A stretch of 64,000 nucleotides of DNA from Gemmatimonadota bacterium (GTDB taxonomy: Bacteria; Gemmatimonadota; Gemmatimonadetes; Gemmatimonadales; GWC2-71-9): contig JAOTWJ010000002.1 of assembly GCA_029862925.1 (NCBI GenBank), forward strand, positions 6,025-70,024. Direction: 5' to 3'. This document shows positions 11,108 to 20,731 of this stretch, one piece after another. The translations under genes and the position numbers were made by a program. The notes below the pieces were generated by a model. The model worked only from the letters and a program-made list of their open reading frames with translations. It did no database searches and was not told the DNA's origin. How positions within the stretch are numbered: position 1 is the stretch's first letter; every line of letters starts with the position of its first letter.

Positions 11108-12205
11108 TCAGGCGGGCGCCCGCTCTGCCGCTGCCAGCTCGACGTCCGGTTTGACCTCGTCATCCAGCCGCACGCGCCCGCGCTCGTCCCGCACCACCCG
11201 GGAGTAGAGCGACAGGTGCTTGTCGAAGAGGAATCGGAACAGGAGCCGCGTCCACGAGTGATGCGCCGAGAGCGACTCGTACGCCTCGGGCGCGATCGCA
11301 TGGATCCGCGGCAGGCGGTTCCAGGGCACCGACGGGAAATCGTGGTGCTCGTTGTGGTAGCCCACGTTGAACGCGAGGCGGTTGAGCGGCCCGTAGTAGC
11401 TAAAGGTCTCCTGCTCGCCGTCGGCGGTCAGATAGTGCCGTTGAATCCAGCGGGCGCCAAGTGGATGCAGGCCGATCGAGAAGGCGAGCGACAGACCAAA
11501 GTAGACCAGCGCCTTCGGCCCCCAGAGCACCGCCACCGCCACGTCGAACGCGAGCTGGACGACGATGTTGGTGACGCTCCAGCGATCCAGCAGGGGCACC
11601 TCACGCAGGCGGAGCGGCCGCAGCATCTGGAAGAACGGGTAAAACAGCAGCCACAGCACCTTGCCGAACACCGAATGGCCCACGAGGCGCGCCTCCCACA
11701 GCGACGGGAGATCCGCATCCAGCCCGTACACGCCCTGGAAGGCGTGGTGCTTGAGGTGGTACTTGCGGAACGCGATCGCGCTGGGGAAGAACAGCGGCAG
11801 GTTCGCGAACAGGCCGGTGACCAGGTTTGGCAACTGCCTGCGGAACACGAGCCGGTGCGCGCACTCGTGGATCATCACGAAGAGGGCGTGGTTGGCGAAG
11901 GCCCCCACGAGGTACGCGGCGCCCAGCACGATCCACCACGAGCGGTCGCGGACGGCGAACGCGATCGCCAGCTGCAAGGCCACGATCCCCGCCGTCCACC
12001 AGAACGTGCCGGCATTCGTGCCGATCAGGGTCCGGATCTCCGGATGGCGGCGCAGAATGGCCTGGGTCCGGGCGCGATGGGGCTCGGGACTGGTGGAGTG
12101 GACGAAGGCGTCAGCCAAGGCGGCTCCGGGTGGAATGGAGGGGGCGGGCGCGCAGAAAGGTGCCACCGGGGAGCGTTGAGCGCCAGCCGCCCCGCCCCGC
12201 TCCAC
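11108..12205 (-). CDS. membrane fatty-acid desaturase of the sphingolipid delta-4 desaturase (DEGS/Lipid_DES) type
   Basis: Three histidine boxes are present: HECAH, HLKHH and NVGYHNEHHDFPSVPW. The N-terminal EPHRARTQAILRRHPEIRTLIG resembles the Lipid_DES lead-in. The start is either GTG 12205 or GTG 12166. Confidence 0.8.
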   Translation of the reverse strand: MERGGAAGAQRSPVAPFCAPAPSIPPGAALADAFVHSTSPEPHRARTQAILRRHPEIRTLIGTNAGTFWWTAGIVALQLAIAFAVRDRSWWIVLGAAYLVGAFANHALFVMIHECAHRLVFRRQLPNLVTGLFANLPLFFPSAIAFRKYHLKHHAFQGVYGLDADLPSLWEARLVGHSVFGKVLWLLFYPFFQMLRPLRLREVPLLDRWSVTNIVVQLAFDVAVAVLWGPKALVYFGLSLAFSIGLHPLGARWIQRHYLTADGEQETFSYYGPLNRLAFNVGYHNEHHDFPSVPWNRLPRIHAIAPEAYESLSAHHSWTRLLFRFLFDKHLSLYSRVVRDERGRVRLDDEVKPDVELAAAERAPA

Positions 12206-12244
12206 TGCTCCCGGTCCCGCTCCGAGCGAGTAGGTTTAGAGACC

Positions 12245-13420
12245 ATGGCCACCCCAGCCATCTACCTCGACAACGCCGCCACCACCCCGGTGCTCCCGGA
12301 GGTGCGGGACGTCATGCTGCCGTTCCTGGACGCCACGGCGTTCGGCAATCCCTCGTCCCGCCACCGCTTCGGCCGCGTGGCCCGGGCGGCGGTCGAGCGG
12401 GCCCGCGCGCAGGTGGCCGCCGCGATCGGCGCGGAGCCCGGCTGGATCTACTTCACGAGCGGCGGCACCGAGGCCGACAACCTCGCCGTGCTCGGCGGGG
12501 CGCTCGCCGCCAAGGCCGGCGGCCGGCCGTTCCGGGTCGCGGTGAGCGCCACGGAGCACAAAGCCGTGCTCGCCGCCGCCCACGCGGTGGACGGGCTCGG
12601 CGGCGAGGCGGTCACGCTCCCCGTGGACGGCGACGGGCTGGTGGACCTCGGGGGGCTGGACGAGGCGCTGGCGGGTGGGGTCGCGCTGGTCGCGGTCATG
12701 TGGGTCAACAACGAGGTCGGTACCATCCAGCACGTGGCCACGCTCGCCGACCGGTGCGCGGCGGCCGGTGCCTGGCTGGTGTGTGACGCCGTCCAGGCGC
12801 TCGGCAAAGTGCCGTGCGCGCTCGCCGACCTACCCCGCGCCATGCTCGCGCTCTCCGCCCACAAGATCGGCGGTCCCAAGGGGACGGGCGCGCTGGTGGT
12901 GCCCGACGCCCACGCGGTGCACCCGCTGATTCACGGCGGGGGTCAGCAGGGCGGGCTACGGCCGGGCACGGAGAACGTCGCCGGAGTCGTCGGCTTCGGG
13001 CAGGCGGCGGAGCGCGCGGGACGCCAGGCGCACGCGGCCGCCGCGCACGTGGGGGCGCTGCGCGACGCGCTCGAAGCCGGGCTCACGCGCGCCATCGCCG
13101 ACGCGGTGGTGCACGCGGCCCGGGTGCCGCGGGCCCCGCACGTGACGAACATCGCGTTCCCCGGCACCGACAGCGAGGCGCTGTTGATGCACCTCGATCT
13201 CGCGGGCGTCTGCTGCTCCTCCGGATCGGCCTGCACGACCGGCGCGGTGACGCCGTCCCACGTGCTCACGGCCATGGGTGTGCCGCGCGACCGCGCCGTG
13301 GCCTCGCTGCGCTTCTCTTTCGGCCCGCAGAACACGATGGCCGAGGTGGAGCAGGCGCTGGACGTCGTGCCGCAGGTGGTGGAGAAGGTGCGGAGTCTGG
13401 GGGCGGTGCTGCGGCGATGA
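12245..13420 (+). CDS. iscS: cysteine desulfurase (class V aminotransferase, NifS/IscS/YrvO-like)
   Basis: MATPAIYLDNAATTP, FTSGGTEADN, SAHKIGGPKG (PLP lysine) and SSGSACTTG (active-site Cys) are present. The ATG at 12245 lies inside the longer track ORF 11093-13420. Confidence 0.9.
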   Translation: MATPAIYLDNAATTPVLPEVRDVMLPFLDATAFGNPSSRHRFGRVARAAVERARAQVAAAIGAEPGWIYFTSGGTEADNLAVLGGALAAKAGGRPFRVAVSATEHKAVLAAAHAVDGLGGEAVTLPVDGDGLVDLGGLDEALAGGVALVAVMWVNNEVGTIQHVATLADRCAAAGAWLVCDAVQALGKVPCALADLPRAMLALSAHKIGGPKGTGALVVPDAHAVHPLIHGGGQQGGLRPGTENVAGVVGFGQAAERAGRQAHAAAAHVGALRDALEAGLTRAIADAVVHAARVPRAPHVTNIAFPGTDSEALLMHLDLAGVCCSSGSACTTGAVTPSHVLTAMGVPRDRAVASLRFSFGPQNTMAEVEQALDVVPQVVEKVRSLGAVLRR

Positions 13421-14541
13421 CGAGGCAGCGACGCAACCAGGAAGCGCGGCAGCGCGTGCTCGTCGCGATGTCCGGCGGCGTGGATTCGTCGGTGGCTGCG
13501 GCCCTGCTCGTCGAGCAGGGCTACGAAGTGATCGGCGCCACGATGAAGCTGTTCTGCTACGGCGACGACGTGCCCGACCGGCCCTGCTGCTCGCTCGATT
13601 CCATCGCCGACGCCCGTGCCGTCGCTGACCGGCTCGGCATTTCCCACTACCTGCTCAATCTGGAAGACCGGTTCGGGCGCGACGTGATCGGTAACTTCGT
13701 GGACGAGTACGCCCACGGCCGGACGCCCATCCCGTGCGTGCGCTGCAACTCGTTCACCAAGTTCCGCGATCTCCTGGCCCATGCCGACGCGCTGGAGTGC
13801 GACGCGATCGCGACCGGGCACTACGTCGTCCAGCGTGACGGGGCGCTCTATCGCGGCCGCGATGCGAACAAGGACCAGAGTTACTTCCTGTGGGGCATCG
13901 ACCGGAGCGTGGTCGCCCGCATGCGCACGCCGGTGGGCGAGTGCACCAAGGCCGAAACGCGGGCGGCGGCGCGGACGCTGGGGCTGGTGACCGCCGACAA
14001 GCCGGAGTCGGTCGAGATCTGCTTCGTCCCGACGGGCGACTACTTGCCGGTGCTCGAGCAGCACCTCCCCAGCGACGCGCCCGCGCTGGCGCCGGGGCCG
14101 GTCGTCACGACGACCGGCACCGTGGTCGGCGAGCACCAGGGCTTCGCGCGCTTCACCATCGGGCAGCGCCGCGGGCTACCGGGCGGATTTCCGGAGCCGA
14201 TGTACGTCGTCGCCATCGTCCCGGACGCGTGCACGGTCGTGATCGGCACCGAGCGTGACCTCTACGGCCGAGTGGTCACGCTCGACGAGCTCAACTGGCT
14301 CACGGCCGACCCGCCGCGCCCCGGCGACACGTGCGACGTGCAGGTACGCTATCGCGCGCCAGCCGTTCCCGCGCGCGTGGCGCCCAACGGCGGGCCGCCG
14401 GGATCCCTGCGGCTCGAGTTGCTGGAGCCGGTCCGCGCGATCGCGCCCGGGCAGTCCGGCGTGCTGTACGACGGCTCGCGCCTGCTCGGCGGGGGTATCA
14501 TCACCGGCCAGGAGCCACGGTGGACCTCGTCGGCGACGTGA
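13417..14541 (+). CDS. mnmA: tRNA 2-thiouridine(34) synthase
   Basis: The PP-loop VAMSGGVDSSVAA is present, along with CCSLDSIADA, IPCVRCN and KDQSYFLW. The start forms an ATGA overlap with the iscS stop. Confidence 0.9.
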   Translation: MTRQRRNQEARQRVLVAMSGGVDSSVAAALLVEQGYEVIGATMKLFCYGDDVPDRPCCSLDSIADARAVADRLGISHYLLNLEDRFGRDVIGNFVDEYAHGRTPIPCVRCNSFTKFRDLLAHADALECDAIATGHYVVQRDGALYRGRDANKDQSYFLWGIDRSVVARMRTPVGECTKAETRAAARTLGLVTADKPESVEICFVPTGDYLPVLEQHLPSDAPALAPGPVVTTTGTVVGEHQGFARFTIGQRRGLPGGFPEPMYVVAIVPDACTVVIGTERDLYGRVVTLDELNWLTADPPRPGDTCDVQVRYRAPAVPARVAPNGGPPGSLRLELLEPVRAIAPGQSGVLYDGSRLLGGGIITGQEPRWTSSAT

Positions 14542-14885
14542 CCGGCCGCGTCGGGCTCGAGCGGGAACGCGTGGAGACCGCGCTGGGCAGCCTGCTGCTC
14601 GTCATGCGCATGGGCACCGACGCCCACACGTGGGACCTGTTCAAGACGGCCGTGCCCGACGCGTCCCGGCTGCTCGCGCTCGGCACCGTGCGGGTGGGCG
14701 GTCGGTCGGGGGAGATCATGGGACTCACGCGGCCCGGTGCCGTGCGTCGCAGCCTCGAGACGGCCGCCTTTTCCGCCGACGAGGTCGGTGACGTGGCGCA
14801 GGCGCTGCGCGACGCGGTCCAGGACCGCCTCGAAGGCGACCCCGCCGCTCGGCTCCTCCTCGCCCTCGACCGTGCGCTCAGCTGA
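14520..14885 (+). CDS. hypothetical protein (121 aa)
   Basis: The frame from GTG 14520 has high GC3 and a D/E/L/A-rich, globular-looking composition (..TWDLFKTAVPDASRLLALG..). The competing antisense ORFs are R/S/P-rich. It overlaps the mnmA 3' end by 22 nt. The start is uncertain. Confidence 0.5.
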   Translation: MDLVGDVTGRVGLERERVETALGSLLLVMRMGTDAHTWDLFKTAVPDASRLLALGTVRVGGRSGEIMGLTRPGAVRRSLETAAFSADEVGDVAQALRDAVQDRLEGDPAARLLLALDRALS

Positions 14886-14916
14886 CCGCCACTCATCCAG
14901 TCCGTCCGGAGGTTTG

Positions 14917-17900
14917 ATGTTTCGTTCCCGTCTGCTGCCCCTGTCCCTGCTGTCCCTGCTGCTCGGCGGCGCCCTGGCCGCCCAGGATACCGCCACGACG
15001 GCCTGGCGCATCGACGCGCCGCACGGCCCGACGGACACGATCCGGTTCGAGACCACCGAGGGCACGTGGCTCAACCTGGATGTCAGTCCCGACGGGCGCT
15101 GGATCGTGTTCGACCTGCTGGGCGACCTCTACCGCCTGCCGATCGCGGGCGGGCGCGCGGAGCAGCTCACGACGGGGCCCGCGTTCGACCATCAGCCGCG
15201 GTACAGTCCCGACGGGCGGACGCTCGTGTTCGTGAGCGACCGGAGCGGGAAGGACAACCTGTGGCTGCTGGACGCGGACGGGGCGAACCCCCGCGCCCTC
15301 ACCACGCTCGACGACAGCTTCCCCACCAGTGCCGTCTGGATGCCCGACGGGGAGTACCTCGTCGCCAAACGCCACGTCCGGAACACCCGGTCGCTCGGCG
15401 GGGGCGAGATCTGGCTGTTCCACGTGCGCGGCGGCTCGGGCGTCAAGCTCAAGGACAAGACGAGCTTCACGTCGGACCAGAACGAGCCGTACCCGTCGCG
15501 CGACGGGCGGTGGGTCTACTACAGCTGGACGGGTCCGTTCGACTACAACAAGGACCCGCACGGCGGGATCTTCCAGATCTCGCGAGTGGATCGCACGAAC
15601 GGCGAGGTCGAGCCGGTGACCACCGAGCCCGGTGGCGCGATCCGCCCGACCGTTTCGCCCGACGGCCAGTCGCTCGCGTTCCTGCGCCGTGTCGGCCTCA
15701 AGACCGTCCTCGTGCTCCGCGATCTCGCGACCGGCGCCGAGCGGCACGTGTTCGACGGCCTGGACCACGACCAGATGGAAACGTGGACCGTGCACGGCGC
15801 GTATCCCGCGTTCCAGTGGATGCCCGACGGCGCGTCCCTCGTGATCAGCTACGGCGGGGGATTCCATCGCATCGACGTGACGAGCGGCAACGCCACACCG
15901 ATTCCGTTCACCGCCCAGGTCGAGCAGGCCGTGACCCAGGCGCTGCGGTTCCAATACCGGATCGACGACGCGTCCGTGCGCGCCCGCACCATCCGGTGGC
16001 CGGTGCTCTCCCCGGACGGCACCACCCTCGTGTTCCAGGCGCTGGGCAGCCTGTGGCAGATGCGGTACCAGGCCGGCAGCCAGCCCGCGCGGCTCACCGA
16101 CGGCACCGCGTTCGAGTTCGCCCCGAGCTACTCGACGGACGGGCGGTTCCTCGCGTACGTCACGTGGGACGACAGCCTGGGCGGTCACGTGTGGAAGACC
16201 CCGGTCGGGGGGCGCGCGCGGCCGGTGCGGCTCACCACCCAGCCCAATCAGTACGCGAACCCGGCGTTCTCGCCCGACGGCCGCCGCCTCGCGATCGTGC
16301 GCGGAAGCGGCGCCGTCAACCGGGGCGACGACCTCGCCGCGGAGCCGTATCTCTACGTCAGCGTCCTGAGCGCCGACGGCGGCCCACTCACCGACGTGCT
16401 GCGCACGGCCAATCGCGGGGCGGGCCGGCGCATGCCGCGCGTGTGGTGGAGCGCCGACGGCGAGCGACTCTACGTGCAGGAGTCGCGCGACGGCAAGACG
16501 GCGCTCTCGACGGTCAAGCTGGACGGGACCGACCTCAAGCAGCTCGCCGTGAACGAGCGGGCCGAGGAGATGGTGCCCTCGCCCGACGGCCGGTGGGTGG
16601 CGTTCAAGGAGCTGCACAACGTGTACGTGGCGCCGCTCGCGCGTACGGGCCAGCCGGTCACGCTCGAGGCCAAGCAGGCGGGCGTGAAGGTCGCCCAGCT
16701 GTCGCGCTACGGGGGCGACTGGCTGGCGTGGCGCGCCGACTCGCGTGCCGTGACGTGGACGTTGGGCCCGGTCGTATACGAGCAGACGCTCGACGCGGCC
16801 TACGCGCCCGCCGACTCGGCCACGCCCGCCGAGCCCACCGACTGGCAGCGCGGCAACGCCAAGATCCCCGCCCGCATCACGGAGATCGCGCTCTCCGTCC
16901 CGAAGGACCAGCCGCGCGGCGCCGTGGTGTTGCGCGGGGCGCGGGTCGTGACCATGCGTGGCGACGAGGTGGTCGAGCGTGCCGACGTCGTGATCCGCGG
17001 CACCCGCATTGCGCAGATCTGCCCCACGCCGTGCCCCGACATCCCCACGACCGCACGCGTCATCCCGGTCACCAGCAAGACGATCATCCCGGGGCTGGTG
17101 GACGTGCACGCGCACATGGGCTACCAGACGCTGGACATCACGCCGCAACGGTTCTGGCCGTACCGCGCGAACCTCGCCTACGGCGTCACCACGACGCACG
17201 ATCCGTCGGCGTCCACGCAGGCGGTGTTCACGCAGGCCGAACTCGTGGAGGCCGGCCGCATGGTGGGGCCACGCGTCTACTCCACCGGGTTCATCCTCTA
17301 CGGCGCCGAGAACGCCAACAAGGCGGTGACGACGAGTCTCGAGGACGCGCGGGCACACCTGCGCCGGCTCAAGGCCGTCGGCGCCTTCTCGGTAAAGAGC
17401 TACAACCAGATGCGGCGCGACAGCCGCCAGTGGATCATCCAGGCCGCCCGGGACGAGGAGATGCTGGTCGTGCCCGAGGGCGGCTCGATGCTGCAGCAGA
17501 ACCTCACCATGATCCTGGACGGTCACACGGGCATCGAGCACGCCATTCCCGTGGCCCCGCTCCGGAACGACGCGCTCACCCTGCTCGGCCGGAGCCGCAC
17601 CGGCTACACGCCGACGTTGGTCGTGGGGTATGGCGGCGTGTGGGGGGAGAATTACTGGTACCAGGAATCCGACGTGTTCAAGAACGAGCGGCTCCGCCAG
17701 TTCGTGCCGACCGACCGGCTCGACGCCCGGGCGCGACGCCGCATGCTCGTCCCCGACGACGAGTTCTACCACATCGAGCTGGCGAAGACGGCGCGGGACG
17801 TCGTGCGCGCGGGCGGCTCCGTCCAGCTCGGCGCTCATGGACAGCTGCAGGGCCTGGGCGCGCATTGGGAGCTGTGGATGTTCGCGCAGGGCGGCATGAC

Positions 17901-18165
17901 GCCCATGGAGGCGCTCCGGGCCGCCACGCTCTCAGGCGCCGAGTACCTCGGGCTGCAGCGGGATCTGGGGTCGCTGGAGGCCGGCAAGCTCGCCGATCTC
18001 GTCATTCTCGACGGCAACCCGCTCGAGAACATCCGCGACACCGAGAAGATCGCGATGGTGATGAAGAACGGGGTCTTGTACGACGCCGACATGAATCAGC
18101 TGTGGCCTGACAGGCGGGATGACGGACGGACGGAAGGACGGCCAGGTCCGAGGGGGAGGCGGTAG
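14917..18165 (+). CDS. amidohydrolase-superfamily protein with N-terminal TolB-like beta-propellers (1082 aa, secreted)
   Basis: The signal peptide is MFRSRLLPLSLLSLLLGGALAAQD. There are many SPDGR/PDG blades. The C-terminal metal-hydrolase part has IIPGLVDVHAHMGY (HxH), GHTGIEH and ADLVILDGNPLENI. Confidence 0.85.
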   Translation: MFRSRLLPLSLLSLLLGGALAAQDTATTAWRIDAPHGPTDTIRFETTEGTWLNLDVSPDGRWIVFDLLGDLYRLPIAGGRAEQLTTGPAFDHQPRYSPDGRTLVFVSDRSGKDNLWLLDADGANPRALTTLDDSFPTSAVWMPDGEYLVAKRHVRNTRSLGGGEIWLFHVRGGSGVKLKDKTSFTSDQNEPYPSRDGRWVYYSWTGPFDYNKDPHGGIFQISRVDRTNGEVEPVTTEPGGAIRPTVSPDGQSLAFLRRVGLKTVLVLRDLATGAERHVFDGLDHDQMETWTVHGAYPAFQWMPDGASLVISYGGGFHRIDVTSGNATPIPFTAQVEQAVTQALRFQYRIDDASVRARTIRWPVLSPDGTTLVFQALGSLWQMRYQAGSQPARLTDGTAFEFAPSYSTDGRFLAYVTWDDSLGGHVWKTPVGGRARPVRLTTQPNQYANPAFSPDGRRLAIVRGSGAVNRGDDLAAEPYLYVSVLSADGGPLTDVLRTANRGAGRRMPRVWWSADGERLYVQESRDGKTALSTVKLDGTDLKQLAVNERAEEMVPSPDGRWVAFKELHNVYVAPLARTGQPVTLEAKQAGVKVAQLSRYGGDWLAWRADSRAVTWTLGPVVYEQTLDAAYAPADSATPAEPTDWQRGNAKIPARITEIALSVPKDQPRGAVVLRGARVVTMRGDEVVERADVVIRGTRIAQICPTPCPDIPTTARVIPVTSKTIIPGLVDVHAHMGYQTLDITPQRFWPYRANLAYGVTTTHDPSASTQAVFTQAELVEAGRMVGPRVYSTGFILYGAENANKAVTTSLEDARAHLRRLKAVGAFSVKSYNQMRRDSRQWIIQAARDEEMLVVPEGGSMLQQNLTMILDGHTGIEHAIPVAPLRNDALTLLGRSRTGYTPTLVVGYGGVWGENYWYQESDVFKNERLRQFVPTDRLDARARRRMLVPDDEFYHIELAKTARDVVRAGGSVQLGAHGQLQGLGAHWELWMFAQGGMTPMEALRAATLSGAEYLGLQRDLGSLEAGKLADLVILDGNPLENIRDTEKIAMVMKNGVLYDADMNQLWPDRRDDGRTEGRPGPRGRR

Positions 18166-18549
18166 GTGCCGGGATTCCTCGCGCGGACGCTGATCACGGC
18201 GTTCGGCCTCTGGCTCGCCGATGTGCTGCTCGCGGGCGTGCACTTCGATGGCGCCCTGGCGCTGTTCATCGCGGCGCTGCTGCTGGGGCTGACGAACGCC
18301 TTCATCCGCCCGATCGTGGTCGTGCTCACGCTCCCCATCACGCTGCTGACGCTCGGGTTCTTTCTGCTGGTGGTGAACGGGCTGATGGTACTGTTGGTGG
18401 CCTATTTCATGCCGAGTTTCCATCTGGAAGGGCTGTGGACGGCGATCCTCGCCTCGATCATCGTGGGGCTCACCGGCTGGGCCGCGAACGCGTTCATCGG
18501 GGAGAAGGGGACGGTGGAAGTGTGGCGGGTGAAGCGGGGGGGGCAGTAG
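18166..18549 (+). CDS. small 4-TM membrane protein (phage-holin-4 / YvlD-like family)
   Basis: The GTG start follows the amidohydrolase TAG stop directly. The protein is hydrophobic throughout (LWLADVLLAGV.., LTLPITLLTLGFFLLVVNGLMVLLVAY, ILASIIVGLTGW). Confidence 0.65.
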   Translation: MPGFLARTLITAFGLWLADVLLAGVHFDGALALFIAALLLGLTNAFIRPIVVVLTLPITLLTLGFFLLVVNGLMVLLVAYFMPSFHLEGLWTAILASIIVGLTGWAANAFIGEKGTVEVWRVKRGGQ

Positions 18550-18553
18550 CGCC

Positions 18554-18579
18554 GGGAGCGGGACGCGCTCACCGCTCCC
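18554..18579. terminator. hairpin between convergent genes (GGGAGCGG / CCGCTCCC, 10-nt loop)
   Basis: The 8-bp inverted repeat was read directly. It lies 5 nt after the stop at 18549 and overlaps the last codons of the minus-strand gene. There is no U-tract. Confidence 0.3.
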
Positions 18580-19141
18580 CACCCGGCGTCTCCGGAGCGG
18601 CGGCCACCGGCCGGTAGACCGCGTCGAACGTCGGCCGCCACGTCGCGCCGCCATCCACGGAGATCTCGATCACCTGCCGCACCGTCCCGTCGGCATTCGG
18701 CGTGAGCGTGGTCCGGTCCAGCCACTCCCGCTCGCCGTGGCGGATCAGGCCCTCGAATCGGATGGCGCCGCCCGGGAGCGAGTCGGTGCGCTGTCGCTTT
18801 TCCTTGGTCCCCCCGGGCGCCAGCGCGCCACCCGTCACCCACACCTGCTGCCAATGCCGCGCCCCGGGAGGCACATAGAAGAGCGAGCGGCCCTCGCCCC
18901 CACTCGCCGAGCGCCACTCTTCCGTGATCGCGCACCCCTGGAGGATCTTGGTAATGCGGTTGGTGCCGACCTGCGTGGGGCCGCTCCACACCGTCCACGT
19001 CCCTACCCAGAAGTCGAGCGTTGCGAACAGTGGATCGTCGGCGCAGGCAGGTGCTGCCTGCTGCGCCACAAGCGCGGGCACGGGAAGGACGGCGGCCAGA
19101 CTGGTGCCGAATACGACTCGCGCGAACGATGCCCTCCGCAT
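18569..19141 (-). CDS. secreted hypothetical protein (DUF1579-like pattern)
   Basis: The ATG at 19141 gives a signal peptide (FGTSLAAVLPVPALVAQQ). The FWVGTWTV..ILQGCAITEEW..DGGATW pattern is typical of small lipocalin/SnoaL-like proteins of unknown function. Confidence 0.6.
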   Translation of the reverse strand: MRRASFARVVFGTSLAAVLPVPALVAQQAAPACADDPLFATLDFWVGTWTVWSGPTQVGTNRITKILQGCAITEEWRSASGGEGRSLFYVPPGARHWQQVWVTGGALAPGGTKEKRQRTDSLPGGAIRFEGLIRHGEREWLDRTTLTPNADGTVRQVIEISVDGGATWRPTFDAVYRPVAAAPETPGGER

Positions 19142-19344
19142 GGCACGACTCCTGAGCGGATCGGGGGACCTCATTTCGACGCTCACCGAGAGCGGCGAAC
19201 CGGCTCCGAGGAGTATGCCACGCGTCGCCCCGATCCGAAACCGCGACGGTCGCTGCTCAACGGCCACCGTGCCTCGCACGTAGAGGAGCGAGAAGTCGGA
19301 TGAGTTTCGCACACACCCATCCCAGTCCCCCGGAGGCTCGCTTC

Positions 19345-19998
19345 ATGAGAACCCACCGCATCGTGCTGGCGTGCGTCGCCCTCCTGGCCCTCGCCCCACC
19401 CGAGAACGGGTCGGCCCAGGAGCCGCAGACGTCCGCCGATGCGGCGGTCGTCCGCCTCGTTCTCGCCCCCGAGGGCAACGAGGCGCGCTACCGCGTGCGC
19501 GAACAGCTGGCCGGCGTGGCGTTCCCCAGCGATGCCGTCGGCGTGACCACCGGGCTCGCCGGCGCGCTCGTCATCGGCGCCGATGGGCGCCCGGTTCGGG
19601 CGCTGTCGGCGTTCACCGTGGACGTTACGGGCCTCGAGAGCGACCGGGACCGGCGCGATCGCTATGTGTCCCGCCGCACGCTGGTCACCGACTCGTTTCC
19701 CGCCGTCACGCTCGTCCCCACCGAGCTCCGCAACCTCCCGCAGCCGCTCCCGACTGACGGGACGTTCGCGTTCGAGCTGGTCGGCGACCTGACCATCAAG
19801 GGGATGACCCGATCCACCACGTGGCAGGTGACGGCGACCGCCACGTCCGACGGGTTCACGGGCACCGCATCCACGGCCTTCCGCTTCGACGACTTCGGCC
19901 TGACCAGGCCGCGCGTGGCGGTGGTGCTGAGCGTGGACGAGACGATCCGCCTGGAATACGACTTCCGGTTACTCCGCGTGACGCCCGCCCGGGAATGA
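19345..19998 (+). CDS. YceI-like periplasmic protein
   Basis: The ATG at 19345 follows a GGAGG RBS and gives a signal peptide. The YceI-like pattern includes TVDVTGLESDRDRRD, FPAVTLVP and VGDLTIKGMTRSTTW. Confidence 0.7.
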   Translation: MRTHRIVLACVALLALAPPENGSAQEPQTSADAAVVRLVLAPEGNEARYRVREQLAGVAFPSDAVGVTTGLAGALVIGADGRPVRALSAFTVDVTGLESDRDRRDRYVSRRTLVTDSFPAVTLVPTELRNLPQPLPTDGTFAFELVGDLTIKGMTRSTTWQVTATATSDGFTGTASTAFRFDDFGLTRPRVAVVLSVDETIRLEYDFRLLRVTPARE

Positions 19999-20023
19999 CG
20001 CGGCCGCCTGAGGCGAGGGGTCG

Positions 20024-20731
20024 TCAGGGCTCCGACAGGAACCGCAGGATCTCCGTCATCAACCGCTCCCCCTGGTCCGTGTCAAAGAGGAGCTGCGCGT
20101 GGGCGGAGCCGTCGAGTATCAGCAGCTCCTTGGGCGCCAGCGTCCGCTCGTACTGCGCGCGAATCGTGACCAGGCGCGGCGAGCCGTCCGCGTACGGGTC
20201 GTCGCGCGCCGTCACGAAGAGCGTGCGGCCGGTCACGCGCTCCGGGTGGGCAATCGCCCCGTGGGCGAGCAGCACCAGGCGATCGATCGTGCCGGGCGCC
20301 GCCGCCGCAGCCTCGGCGGCGGCCGTGCCTCCCATGCTGCCCCCGATCACCGCCACCGTGGTCGCGCCCGTCTCGCGCAGGTAGCGCACGGCGGCCAATA
20401 CATCGTAGCGGAACCCGTCATCCGCGGGCGGCAACCGGTCCCCGCCGCGCGACTGCCCGTAGCCGCGGAAGTCGATCGCCACCACCCGGAAGCCGGCCTC
20501 GGCCAGCGCCTGGGCCTGTGACCGCCAGCTCTCCTTGTCGAACCGGCCCCCGTGGGCCAGCACTACGCCGCGCGGGCCGCCGCCGTACACGTCGGCGGAG
20601 ACGCGACCACCGTCCTCGGTGGGAAACGCGCTCGCCTCCTGGGCAGAGAGCCTACCGGGGATCGGCAACGCGGCCGCGAGCACGGCGGCGATGGTCAGCG
20701 CGAGTCGCACTCCCCGAGCTATGCTGAGCAC
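20024..20731 (-). CDS. secreted alpha/beta hydrolase (dienelactone-hydrolase-like)
   Basis: A GTG start follows a GGAGGA RBS and gives a signal peptide. VVLAHGG, the nucleophile elbow GGSMGG and the C-terminal DGSAHAQ are present. Confidence 0.8.
   Translation of the reverse strand: MLSIARGVRLALTIAAVLAAALPIPGRLSAQEASAFPTEDGGRVSADVYGGGPRGVVLAHGGRFDKESWRSQAQALAEAGFRVVAIDFRGYGQSRGGDRLPPADDGFRYDVLAAVRYLRETGATTVAVIGGSMGGTAAAEAAAAAPGTIDRLVLLAHGAIAHPERVTGRTLFVTARDDPYADGSPRLVTIRAQYERTLAPKELLILDGSAHAQLLFDTDQGERLMTEILRFLSEP

Noticed and set aside
14893-18110. Two very long ORFs (990 aa on the minus strand, 1014 aa on the plus strand off-frame) overlapping the amidohydrolase gene.
   Set aside because: Only the 14917-18165 frame shows a signal peptide, PD40 blades and the HxH amidohydrolase motif. 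The other two translate to R/P/G/A-rich low-complexity sequence.
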